Source: a virus
Length of the DNA: 64,000 nt
Virus record (IMG/VR): IMGVR_UViG_3300046779_002349
Location: 86,180-150,179 of that record
Strand: one strand, 5' to 3'
The position numbers and the translations under genes are program-made. A model generated the notes under the pieces. That model was not told where the DNA came from. It ran no database searches and worked only from the letters and a program-made list of their open reading frames with translations. This document shows positions 50,045-59,536 of the stretch, one piece after another. Position 1 is the stretch's first letter; each line of letters opens with the position of its first letter.

Positions 50045-50385
50045 ATAGTTAATTGAATCTTTGAATGATTAACTGGTTTCTTTGGTATTTCATCTATGAT
50101 GGTACCCTCGTAATCTTCGTAGTAGATTACATTGCCGCTATCATCATATTCTTTTTTATACCAGGTACCTCCTGAATTTGCGTAATAGATTACCTTGCCG
50201 ATAGCATTGTATTCTGCTTTGCGCCAGAAACCAATTGAATTTTCGTAGTAGGTTTCCTTACAGTTAGCATTGTATTCTGACTTGTACCAATAACCATCTG
50301 CCTCTTCGAAATATACCCTGTTTCCTTTTTCATCCTTAATAATATAAGGAAACTGTGTAATTCCATTTTGCTGTGCCAGAGTCAT
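50041..50385 (-). CDS. MTLAQQN-family repeat protein with C-terminal tag
   Basis: 114 aa (one extra 21-aa unit); ends NHSKIQLTI. Confidence 0.85.
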   Translation of the reverse strand: MTLAQQNGITQFPYIIKDEKGNRVYFEEADGYWYKSEYNANCKETYYENSIGFWRKAEYNAIGKVIYYANSGGTWYKKEYDDSGNVIYYEDYEGTIIDEIPKKPVNHSKIQLTI

Positions 50386-50726
50386 ATAGTTAATTGAACT
50401 TTTAAATGGTTGACTGGTTTCTTTGGTCTACGGTCTATAATTACACCCCTTGAATCTTCGGAATAAATTAATTCTCTTTTATCATCATATTCCCTTTTGC
50501 GCCAATAAACATTGAAATCTTCGTAGTAGGTTATATTGCCACTAGCATTGTATTCTGTTTTGAGCCTGTAACCACTTGAATTTTCGTAGTAAGGTACTTT
50601 ACCGTTAGTATCAAATTCTCTTTTGTACCAGTAACCACTTGAATCTTCGTAGTAAATAATTCTTCCTTTTTGATCTCGAATAATATAAGGAAATTCTGTA
50701 ATGTTATTTTGTTGCGCTAATGTCAT
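50382..50726 (-). CDS. MTLAQQN-family repeat protein with C-terminal tag
   Basis: 114 aa; ends NHLKVQLTI. Confidence 0.85.
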   Translation of the reverse strand: MTLAQQNNITEFPYIIRDQKGRIIYYEDSSGYWYKREFDTNGKVPYYENSSGYRLKTEYNASGNITYYEDFNVYWRKREYDDKRELIYSEDSRGVIIDRRPKKPVNHLKVQLTI

Positions 50727-51594
50727 AAGTTTATGATCTTCGTGATACTACCCAATTAACTTTATCTTGAATTCTCTTTAACTTTTGTTTTGCCATTGTG
50801 TAGAAATGCCAGCGAAGGCACTTTAAACCATTTGGTAAAAAAGTGCCTCTGCTGGGTGCTTTTACAAAGTCGCCTTTTAACTCCCACAAACGATAACGAA
50901 CATTTCTTTTTTGTTCCTTAGCCTTGGAGATCAATTCTTTCAATAAGGTTTCCTGCGTGGTCATACTAGTACTCGGCAATGTTAACCCATCCTTTTCCTG
51001 TAGATATACCATTTCTTTCTTTGGCCTCTCTACAGTCTTTAGCGTTATGTATAACAGTCATTGGATCGTTCTGATCTCTTATTGGATGACACCAGCAGGT
51101 TTCTTTACCTTCGTGTAGATAAAAGTCTCCAATAGGAATGCAATGAATTAGTCTTGGTCTTGGACCTTCTTTGAATGCTGTAGTGCTCATGATTTTGGTG
51201 GTTCGTAGTTGAATGTAAAATTTTCAAAAATAGCATACTCCCAATAGTACCCTGTCCAGTTTTTTGGTTTAGTATCTATATTGATTAATGTAGCTACTGC
51301 TTGGTTGATGATTTTCTTTTTACGAGATTTTAGCTCTCCCGAAAGAGGAATCCAGAAATGAATAGGGCATCTACTGAGTTTATCGAAACCATCGTATAAG
51401 TCTATACTGACTCTTGCAAAGTTTTCGATAAAGTAAATAACGACGAAAAATCGAGTTTTCTTAATGGTGCTGAGAAATTTTACGCACTCAAACTCTGGGT
51501 CTCTTTCTTGTTCAAAGTTAGTTTGAAACAGTGATTTAACATACTGCACTGCTTCTGATTTGATTGCTTCGTGTAGGGTGATTGTGTCCATAAG

Positions 51595-51629
51595 AAAAAA
51601 GCCAGCTCAGATTTTTCACTGAGCTGGCT
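51595..51629 (-). terminator. intrinsic terminator
   Basis: AGCCAGCTCAG/CTGAGCTGGCT hairpin plus T-run. Confidence 0.85.
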
Positions 51630-51648
51630 GAGGTTAGTTGTTTATGAA

Positions 51649-53307
51649 TTAAAAGTGCTTTGCTACATTTTCGCGGATACGAGCTAGCGAAGTGTGGCAA
51701 ATAAGTTTTCCATTGCTAAAGACTTGTTCGAAGGCACAATTTTTGACCTCATCCCAAGTTGCCTGATCTTTAAGAATGAATTCACCATTTTCTTCGTACA
51801 CGGCTGTAAGGCCTTTTGCCGATTTCTTGGTTCCTCCATCTGTCTTTGGATCTTTATAAATTTCAACAGCTTTACGTACGCCATTTTCGTCCATGATTTC
51901 ACCGTAAGTTGCTTTAACCGCAAACATGTGGGTGTCTCTGGTGACAATAGCGTCAGGTGTTACAGCGCCTTGATATGTGAAAGATCCGATACCAAGTACA
52001 ATATTGGTACTAGCGAATCCTTTCTGTTCAAGACGACTGCAGATTTGCTCCGCTCTGTCCAGTGTAATACTGTCGCCATAGATGGCTCCAATATGACTAT
52101 CAAGTTGCTTGTAGCCTGTGCTGCTAATGGTTCCTCCAAAGATTTCCCATAGACATTGAATCATGCCTTTAACTTCGTTTTCAGTAAGTTCCGCTCCGGT
52201 ATAAGGAACGCAACCGAATCCTTCTTTCAGCTCGAAATATTTCCCAGCGATTTGAATTGCTTCAACACCGGTAAGCTCTCTTTCTAGACGTACTTCATCA
52301 ATAGTGTTATAATTTTTACCATTAGTCACATATCCGGTAACGATTTTCACTGGATCTCCGCTATCTGGGCGAATTACAACCTTGCCTTCCCGAGCCATAA
52401 TAGTATCTTTAAGCTGCACAAGAATTCCGTTGTTGGGGGTTACAACATTCCAGAAATCAAACGTGTCGGCAACCAAGCTCACGATTCCCGATGGGTACAC
52501 TTTGGTAATCATTCGCTTAAAGTAATCGAAATCATTCGGAGTTTCTTCGGTGTAGTCAGAGCCCATGCAGGCAACACTGTGTTCGGTAGCAGCTACGCTT
52601 CCGCCAATGAGTTCCTTTTTAGCATCGGCTTGATAGTACTCTTGCAGGAAATCAATTGCTGGACGTGTGTCAGTCCCGACAAAGGACAGCAAGTGTGCGG
52701 CTCCACTTACTAATGCAGCCTCAAGCGTAAAGTGACCTCTGAAACTAAAGTCGTGACCTTGCCAGGGTACGAACCCGATATTTTCTGGATCAGTCTTCAA
52801 GGCCCACTTATTAAGTGCTTGACGATACAACAATGCGGTTGTAGCGCTGGTACAAGGTCCCCAGATGGTTGTCGACAGGATCGTCTCAAGGGCATTTGTG
52901 AGCCAGAAGAAACGGTCGTCTGTGTTCCAGATTACCAATAACGGTACTCTCAAGTTTACATTACTACCTTCTGGTAGAGCCCAGATTTCAATAGGCAAGT
53001 AACCCAGAGCATGGAGATCACGAATGTGTTGCTCTCCGATATCGTTTGGACCCAGATAAGTAAGTAGGCTTTGATTATACCTGTCTACCATTTCCTCAAC
53101 ATCTTTTTCGAAGAAGTTTTCATTCCACTGGTGGATGAGGTACTCCTTGACAAAATATTGTAAGCCAAAGAATACCACTTTTTCCAAGCCTGCAACTCTA
53201 GTTCCCCGAGCTGTTAAGTTCGAAGAAACTAGTACTGTTCCTTCTGGGTACTGTCTACGATGGTCGACTTTATAGCCGTCTAATAGTAATGGTGGATAAA
53301 TTTGCAT
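51649..53307 (-). CDS. NAMPT/NadV-like protein (candidate Namat of NARP1)
   Basis: DGYKVDH..QYP, HDFSFRG, GTDT, ATEHSV, SLVADTFD, VIRPDSGDP, IYGDSIT, KKSAKG. Confidence 0.92.
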   Translation of the reverse strand: MQIYPPLLLDGYKVDHRRQYPEGTVLVSSNLTARGTRVAGLEKVVFFGLQYFVKEYLIHQWNENFFEKDVEEMVDRYNQSLLTYLGPNDIGEQHIRDLHALGYLPIEIWALPEGSNVNLRVPLLVIWNTDDRFFWLTNALETILSTTIWGPCTSATTALLYRQALNKWALKTDPENIGFVPWQGHDFSFRGHFTLEAALVSGAAHLLSFVGTDTRPAIDFLQEYYQADAKKELIGGSVAATEHSVACMGSDYTEETPNDFDYFKRMITKVYPSGIVSLVADTFDFWNVVTPNNGILVQLKDTIMAREGKVVIRPDSGDPVKIVTGYVTNGKNYNTIDEVRLERELTGVEAIQIAGKYFELKEGFGCVPYTGAELTENEVKGMIQCLWEIFGGTISSTGYKQLDSHIGAIYGDSITLDRAEQICSRLEQKGFASTNIVLGIGSFTYQGAVTPDAIVTRDTHMFAVKATYGEIMDENGVRKAVEIYKDPKTDGGTKKSAKGLTAVYEENGEFILKDQATWDEVKNCAFEQVFSNGKLICHTSLARIRENVAKHF

Positions 53308-53328
53308 AATAGTTGTGTGTTGTAGTTG

Positions 53329-54285
53329 TTATACGTTGTCTGGTGTTTTGAATAATTTTAAATATTGAATCGTATTAATTTTGAAATCAAAAGTTACGAA
53401 CTTTTCATTTTGTACTTTAGCGCGGGGGAGGCTATTTGTTGTAAACACAAAATCAAATACGTCAAGCATATTATAGATTCCTTCAATTGCGTCTGCGTGA
53501 GCAGTAAATAGAATTAATTCTCCGCAGTTCTTTTCTCGCAATTTAGCGGCAAGTCCTCTGAACGTACCTCCATAGGATAGGATATCGTCAAAAATAATAG
53601 TCGGTTGTGAATCCAAGTCGTCCGCATCTACATGGAAATCTGTAATGTTTCCAGTTTTTACGTCTCTTGTTTTCTCGCAACGAACTAATTTAAATTGATG
53701 ACAATAAGGAGCGTTACCGAATACAGAATCCAAGTGCTTAATAATTTTCATTACTCGCTTACCCGCCCCTGCATCAGGACAAACAATATTAAATTCTTGG
53801 TATTTTAAGTTATGGCCTCCAATATGCCGGATTACTTTCTCTGCATACTCTAGCTCATCGTGGACTACTACATTATTAATTAATGCTGGAGTCACTTCAC
53901 TGTGCGGCGATAGAATGTGAACCTCTGTAGCATTAAGTGAGTTGATGATATCGGTGTACACTTTGATCGTAAGTGGTTCACCTTCATTACAAACTCTGTC
54001 TTGTCGTGCTCCAGGGAAATATGGGATTACTAGAGCGATCTCTTTAAACCCAACTCTTCTTGCCGCATCCACTGCTAACTGCAACATGAATAAAGCTTCT
54101 GGAGAGGTCACACGATGAGTAATGACTAGTTTAGCATCGTTGTACTTATGTTCTGTTTCAAGGCGGATATGTGGTTCTCCTCCTTTAAACTTGAACTGTG
54201 TAAAAGCTATTTCTTCATTAATAGCAACAGGTCGAAAACCTGGATCTAGATTTAGTATATAAGTGTTATTTGTAACTTTGATCAT
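53329..54285 (-). CDS. PRPP synthetase-like protein (candidate Adps of NARP1)
   Basis: FKGGEPH, PYFPGARQDR, PHS, CPDAGA, KTRD, IIFDDILSYGGTF. Confidence 0.92.
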   Translation of the reverse strand: MIKVTNNTYILNLDPGFRPVAINEEIAFTQFKFKGGEPHIRLETEHKYNDAKLVITHRVTSPEALFMLQLAVDAARRVGFKEIALVIPYFPGARQDRVCNEGEPLTIKVYTDIINSLNATEVHILSPHSEVTPALINNVVVHDELEYAEKVIRHIGGHNLKYQEFNIVCPDAGAGKRVMKIIKHLDSVFGNAPYCHQFKLVRCEKTRDVKTGNITDFHVDADDLDSQPTIIFDDILSYGGTFRGLAAKLREKNCGELILFTAHADAIEGIYNMLDVFDFVFTTNSLPRAKVQNEKFVTFDFKINTIQYLKLFKTPDNV

Positions 54286-54286
54286 A

Positions 54287-55102
54287 TTATTTTTCTGGTT
54301 CTTCCCATTTGATTAATTTGCAGTGCTTCTGCTTGATTTCCATATACTTGTCATAGAAAAACAAGCCTATCTTTACAATAGGGGTGTAAAGTTTTTTGGC
54401 TAAATTGAATCCAATTTTGTATGGGTAAAACCAAACATTGATCCAACTGTACATAAACTTATCTCTTTTCGAAGTTATACTATCAAAGGTTTTTTCACTC
54501 ATTGCCAAAGAGTCCAGAAGCATACCCGTAGCGACGATGCAGCAGAGAGCACCCCAATAACTTCCTTGTGCAAAAATAAGAGAAATTGAAATTACCATAA
54601 CTAAGGGAATAAGAATTCCGAAAAAACACATGGTAATAGACCAAACTGAAGCATGATTTTGAACAATATAATCTAAATTCTCAGCTGTATGCCAGTCAGG
54701 ATTTTGCTGCATCCACTTTGCATGCCTTTGTGTATCTCTATAAGTAGCAAATAATTTATTACGCTCGCTATAAAAATTTTGAGAGGCTAGCATAGTAAAT
54801 AAAGATAAATCGTTATTAAAATAATAGGGTTCCTTTTTTTTGTACAGGGCATAGTAAATAAGCTGCTTTTCGCTTGGGCGTTTAGCACTATGTTTTCTGT
54901 GATACAAAAAAGTATCTACCTTTTCATATAAAAGAAACGGAACTACAAAAACAATGTAAAACGGAGCCCAAAGTAAGGCAAGCATTGTTCTTCTGTAAAA
55001 ATCGCACTGTGTTTTACAATGCTTTTCTGGAGTTTCTGAGAGTACAGCGTTCTGTAGTTTGTAAGCCCAATTATTTTTTTTGATGATGTAATTTTCGTTC
55101 AT
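54287..55102 (-). CDS. membrane hypothetical protein
   Basis: 271 aa with about three hydrophobic helices. Confidence 0.6.
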   Translation of the reverse strand: MNENYIIKKNNWAYKLQNAVLSETPEKHCKTQCDFYRRTMLALLWAPFYIVFVVPFLLYEKVDTFLYHRKHSAKRPSEKQLIYYALYKKKEPYYFNNDLSLFTMLASQNFYSERNKLFATYRDTQRHAKWMQQNPDWHTAENLDYIVQNHASVWSITMCFFGILIPLVMVISISLIFAQGSYWGALCCIVATGMLLDSLAMSEKTFDSITSKRDKFMYSWINVWFYPYKIGFNLAKKLYTPIVKIGLFFYDKYMEIKQKHCKLIKWEEPEK

Positions 55103-55989
55103 AGTCTTTTCGTCCTGGTCGTGTTCTTGATTTAGATGAATAATCTGATATGTTTCCTAATTTACTTTCCCAGCGCAGTAAATCTCTACAGGCTGCTGAG
55201 ATATTTTCTTTTCCATAGCATCTATTCTCTGCATTGAGTACTCCATTTAGAAATACCCTGCATCCATAAATACCTTTTCCTAAATATGTTACTTTAACTG
55301 TATGCTCAACCTGATTCGGAGACATCATAATAACCCTAGGGTTTATATGTTTCCAAAATGGGTATTTACTTTTACTAGTCATTTAGGTTATGCAAGTGAT
55401 TTTTTCTGCTGCTCTCCTCCGTCAAAGGAATCTCATCGAAATCTTCTGCATTTTTCTTGTTACGAATAAATGCTCTGGATTTCGCATGTGCGTTTCTTTT
55501 AATCTGCTGTTTTCCTCTTGTCTTGGAGATGGGGTAGCTCGTATACATTTTTGCAAAATTGATTAGTTCCCTCTCAGTCATAACTGCGGGTTCTGTCCAA
55601 CTTCTGTATTTAACTGTAAACTCCAAGTCAGGCAAATAATATCCAGGTTTTGTTTTACATTCGACATAATCTGCTTCGATCTTGTAAAGTCCTGTTTTCT
55701 TTAACCTTTTTAAAGCTACCTCAAGATTTGATGGTTTGTTCATAATGTTTCGATTCCTTGTGCTTCTAGCCATCCCGTAAGAACCCCCTGAATAAATCCA
55801 GCAGACCTGTGAATAGCAACACCTTTTATATCTGAAGTCAGGTCTACATAGAAATAACTTTTGTCGTAACGAAAGTTTGATGTTTTCAATGTAGCTCCCC
55901 AGTTTCTATTTAAGAAATTGTCTTTCAGTTTGTGTAATACAGAATCATAATCAATGTCGCTATCGTAAAAATGTTTTACGTAAATAATC

Positions 55990-56700
55990 TCATGATATAG
56001 TTCTGTGCTCATAGACTTCGTCAATGTGTAATATTTTCGAATAAACGTCAACATTCTTTTTCTCGTCCACATACCGCATAGTTTCCGAGCGGTGAAAGTG
56101 CCCACAATAATGTCGCTTAGGTTTGACCTTCATGATCAATTTGTGCACGAGTTTTCTTTCTGCTCTGCATGTTTCTTTCAAAGTAGGATCGTCTTTATTT
56201 GTAAAGTAATGACAATCTTTCTCTATTGGGCCAATCCAATGAGGACCTGTATGAGTAATTAATACATCACACGGTTTGAGTCCTCTCGGAATTGGGGTTA
56301 TCTGCTCTCCGAAAAACCAATTAACTCCTCTGACTCTATCAATTCTATCAACGCTTACCGCACCACCAACGAATAGAAAAACTTCTTCGTTGATTTGCAT
56401 GTAAGTGTAATCCTTGATAAAAGTTATGTTTCCTAAATCTTTAGTTTCTAGGAAGTAACTAGGGTCATCATGATTTCCTCGTACCACCAATAGCCTGTTA
56501 TTGCTAGGCTTGAGTATTTCGTTCAATTGCATTAACTGCTGCAACTCTAATACCGGATCCTTGAGTCCTGCTCCGAAATCGCCTACTTGAATTATAGCGG
56601 AATTCTGGATATTGAGATCAGAGATGAGGTGGCCGAGCATTTCAAATCTACCATGAATATCTCCGATTAAAGCTACGTTTTCTGCTTCTATTTTTTTCAT
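55990..56700 (-). CDS. calcineurin-like metallophosphoesterase
   Basis: GDIHG, VGDFG, RGNHD, GGAVSVDR, ITHTGP, CGHFH. Confidence 0.9.
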   Translation of the reverse strand: MKKIEAENVALIGDIHGRFEMLGHLISDLNIQNSAIIQVGDFGAGLKDPVLELQQLMQLNEILKPSNNRLLVVRGNHDDPSYFLETKDLGNITFIKDYTYMQINEEVFLFVGGAVSVDRIDRVRGVNWFFGEQITPIPRGLKPCDVLITHTGPHWIGPIEKDCHYFTNKDDPTLKETCRAERKLVHKLIMKVKPKRHYCGHFHRSETMRYVDEKKNVDVYSKILHIDEVYEHRTIS

Positions 56701-56704
56701 CTGA

Positions 56705-57097
56705 TTAAAGTGTTATTGTAATTTTTTCCAACCTGGTATTTACTAAATTCAAACCTAACCATCCCCAACTGTGTTCAGGTTGATTGGGGCTTTCAAGAAA
56801 CAAATCTTTTGCTCCTGCTTTTGTTAGTAGATCAACTCCGCTTATGGACGACACATACAGGTAAATCTTTTTGTACCCTAATTCTTTAATTCTTGCCGCT
56901 CTATTCCCCTCCCTAGGGAATCTTTTAAACGCAGTAACTGGAATATTGTACGCAGTGTAAAAAGATGTGAAAACATCATCTGGTTTAGATACTCCTATTA
57001 TCCATGCCTCAGAAAAGGTATTTTTAAACAAATCTGCGACAGTAAACTGATGTCCGTTGAGTTGTAGTACACTGTTAAAAAACTGCGCATTTGTCAT
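56705..57097 (-). CDS. tagged hypothetical protein, third family
   Basis: 130 aa; ends RLEKITITL. Confidence 0.75.
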   Translation of the reverse strand: MTNAQFFNSVLQLNGHQFTVADLFKNTFSEAWIIGVSKPDDVFTSFYTAYNIPVTAFKRFPREGNRAARIKELGYKKIYLYVSSISGVDLLTKAGAKDLFLESPNQPEHSWGWLGLNLVNTRLEKITITL

Positions 57098-57495
57098 AAC
57101 GTTATTGTAATTTTCTGATGATTAGTTAGTGAATAGACTAAGGGAAACCACAGCCCTAAGTTTGTTGTGTAACCATATTTATTTTTCAATACTTCTAGTC
57201 CATTACTGGATAGATATGCAAACAATTTTAAGCCTGGGTGATCTGACGGTCTAGGTAGTTCTAATTTTGGGGGAATATAACTCCAGTGTCTAACTCCTTG
57301 AGCGTAAAAAGGGTCTGACTCCTCTCTAAAGTACCAATCCGTCTTTAAAAAAGTAGAGGACGCTCCTATAGCGAATCTTATATTTGTTGGTCCGTAGGTA
57401 GTTACAAATGAAGTAATATAAAATAATTTCTCCGGATCTTCTCTTGTTATCCCTAGTTTTTCTAATGTATTTTCAATAATAGAGATGTAAGTCAT
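57094..57495 (-). CDS. tagged hypothetical protein, third family
   Basis: 133 aa; ends NHQKITITL. Confidence 0.75.
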   Translation of the reverse strand: MTYISIIENTLEKLGITREDPEKLFYITSFVTTYGPTNIRFAIGASSTFLKTDWYFREESDPFYAQGVRHWSYIPPKLELPRPSDHPGLKLFAYLSSNGLEVLKNKYGYTTNLGLWFPLVYSLTNHQKITITL

Positions 57496-57890
57496 AGTGT
57501 GATGTGTACTTTCTGATTTCTAACTGGTCGCATAATTAGTGGTAGCCAATTCCCTAAGTTTTGAGGGCGGCCATATTTTGCATGCAAAATAGCTACTCCA
57601 TCAGAAGATAAATAAGCCCACAGTTTAATGTTATTGTAACCTTTCGGAGGTTTGAACTCCTGATGTATATGAATACAACCCCAAAATTGGATACCTTCCT
57701 GGTAAAGATGAGATCCTTTGATAATTTCGTGAACGTTTACCTCTATAGGAAATATATCCACTGGGCTAGCGATACAACAAAGTCTCCTATGATAGTGATT
57801 GCCTGATATGAAATACAAGAATTCCTCAGGGGGTTCATCTGTTACGCCTAAGCGTTCTAATGTCTGCCTAATAATATCTAGATAAGTCAT
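57492..57890 (-). CDS. tagged hypothetical protein, third family
   Basis: 132 aa; ends RNQKVHITL. Confidence 0.75.
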   Translation of the reverse strand: MTYLDIIRQTLERLGVTDEPPEEFLYFISGNHYHRRLCCIASPVDIFPIEVNVHEIIKGSHLYQEGIQFWGCIHIHQEFKPPKGYNNIKLWAYLSSDGVAILHAKYGRPQNLGNWLPLIMRPVRNQKVHITL

Positions 57891-58288
57891 AGTGTGATAT
57901 GCACTTTCTGTAAGTTCTTTTCGTTAATAAAATTAACAGCTAATGGAATCCATCTTCCTGTAGGCGAAGTGTAATTGTAATTCTCCGATAAAACAAATAC
58001 CGCCCTCTCGGCGATATAGGCGAATAACTGTAGGTTATCTAATGCGGATTGATTGTTAGGTATTTCACTGGTAAGTCGGATTTGCGTCCAGTATTTTACA
58101 CCCCGCGAATAAAACGGAGAACAGTTCGTTCTGTGCGTCCATGGACTAACGAGAAATTTTTCAGAAGCTCCTAAAACAACACAATTGTTTTCCCGTTGTG
58201 AATGATAGATAAGGTTATTATTTATGTATTCCCAATCATGAATTCCTATTTTTTTAAAATTGTAATGAATTATTTCTTGAGCGGTCAT
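57887..58288 (-). CDS. tagged hypothetical protein, third family
   Basis: 133 aa; ends NLQKVHITL. Confidence 0.75.
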   Translation of the reverse strand: MTAQEIIHYNFKKIGIHDWEYINNNLIYHSQRENNCVVLGASEKFLVSPWTHRTNCSPFYSRGVKYWTQIRLTSEIPNNQSALDNLQLFAYIAERAVFVLSENYNYTSPTGRWIPLAVNFINEKNLQKVHITL

Positions 58289-58665
58289 AGTGTGATTTGT
58301 ACTTTTTTGTGGTTGATATTCTTTAGGTCTATCTCAAGCCAAGCAGTTTCTGCGTATGGTTCTCGAAAAATTTTATACGCCTTCCTTTCTCGGAAAAATT
58401 CCTTGCCTTCTCGATCCAGGTAAAGGTAAAGTGGTGTTTTTAAAGTTCTTAAATACTGTACTTGTTTATACAAGTGTAAAGAAAAACTACGCCACCCCTT
58501 TACAGGTATGTTTTCTACGTTGTATCTCTGATCGAAAATATCGCATTTAACTGTTGTTCCCAGTACTATTGAAGAGGGTCTGTAATCATAGGCTATTTCA
58601 TCTACGGTGACGGAATAGCCCATCGATACTAATCTTGTATTAAGAAAGTCTTCTAAAGTAATCAT
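58285..58665 (-). CDS. tagged hypothetical protein, third family
   Basis: 126 aa; ends NHKKVQITL. Confidence 0.75.
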   Translation of the reverse strand: MITLEDFLNTRLVSMGYSVTVDEIAYDYRPSSIVLGTTVKCDIFDQRYNVENIPVKGWRSFSLHLYKQVQYLRTLKTPLYLYLDREGKEFFRERKAYKIFREPYAETAWLEIDLKNINHKKVQITL

Positions 58666-59045
58666 AATGTGATTTGAATTTTTTGATTATTAACGCGGTT
58701 TGTTTTTATCTCAAGCCAAGAAGCACAATCACCAAAGAGTTTCTCCAAAAAAATATAAGGTACTTTTTTTTCTAAAAGATATTGTGTTGCTTCCCTACTT
58801 AAATAAAGGTAAATTGGTTTTTTTAAATTATTTAAGTAAGGTAATATTTCAGTATTATTTATTGAAATACTACACCAGGCCTTAACAGGGATATCTGGTA
58901 AGCGATACTGGAAGTCAAATACATCACATTTTTCTGTTGTACCTAATACTAATTCTTCGTCTCCATAGGGGTAATATATTTCTTCTACAGTTAGGGAATA
59001 TCCCATGGATAATAGTCTACCATTAAGAAATTGTACAATGTTCAT
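58662..59045 (-). CDS. tagged hypothetical protein, third family
   Basis: 127 aa; ends NNQKIQITL. Confidence 0.75.
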   Translation of the reverse strand: MNIVQFLNGRLLSMGYSLTVEEIYYPYGDEELVLGTTEKCDVFDFQYRLPDIPVKAWCSISINNTEILPYLNNLKKPIYLYLSREATQYLLEKKVPYIFLEKLFGDCASWLEIKTNRVNNQKIQITL

Positions 59046-59458
59046 TAGAGAGTAATTGAGATTTTTTGTAGGTTTAATGATTCTTCAAATGTAGTCCTTA
59101 GTCCTAGCCAAGCCCCTACAGGAAAACCGAATATGGGCATATTAGCTTTCATAATCTCAGGTATACGAGTCTCGTTTTTTACTTCTAGAAATACAAATAT
59201 TTTTAAGTTCTCCTGTTCAATGTGCGGATAAACTTCTTTACCTTTGTCCGTGAAATAAAAGCCGCTATTTTTAAATTTTCCAATTCTGTAAGCATGAAAC
59301 TGAGAATATCCAGCTTGCTTTATTTTTTTTGGTGGATGTGAAAATCCAATAGCTATTTCGTTTTTATCAATACTTGAATCCGTCCACACGTATTTTTTGA
59401 ATTCTAATGGAACATTCGCTTTTTTAAAATTTAAATCAATTAGTTCTTCGTATGTCAT
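59045..59458 (-). CDS. tagged hypothetical protein, third family
   Basis: 137 aa; ends NLQKISITL. Confidence 0.75.
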   Translation of the reverse strand: MTYEELIDLNFKKANVPLEFKKYVWTDSSIDKNEIAIGFSHPPKKIKQAGYSQFHAYRIGKFKNSGFYFTDKGKEVYPHIEQENLKIFVFLEVKNETRIPEIMKANMPIFGFPVGAWLGLRTTFEESLNLQKISITL

Positions 59459-59471
59459 AGTGTTGTTTGTT

Positions 59472-59514
59472 AAAAAAGAAAACCCACTTACATCCCAATG
59501 GACATAAGTGGGTT
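59472..59514 (-). terminator. intrinsic terminator after the RNAP gene
   Basis: AACCCACTTA/TAAGTGGGTT hairpin plus T-run. Confidence 0.7.
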
Positions 59515-59536
59515 GAATTAAGGTATAGTTAAAAAT

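Noticed and set aside
49485-50726. Diversity-generating retroelement as the source of repeat-gene variation
   Set aside because: No reverse transcriptase or template repeat is in the window, and differences do not appear limited to adenines; segment exchange fits better. An RT elsewhere in the genome cannot be excluded.
15333-59045. The C-terminal tag as merely a by-product of ATGA coupling or an A-rich initiation signal
   Set aside because: The tag persists in TAA-ending genes without an ATGA overlap, codons vary synonymously, and other ATGA-coupled genes such as the YopX set lack it. A partial contribution remains possible.
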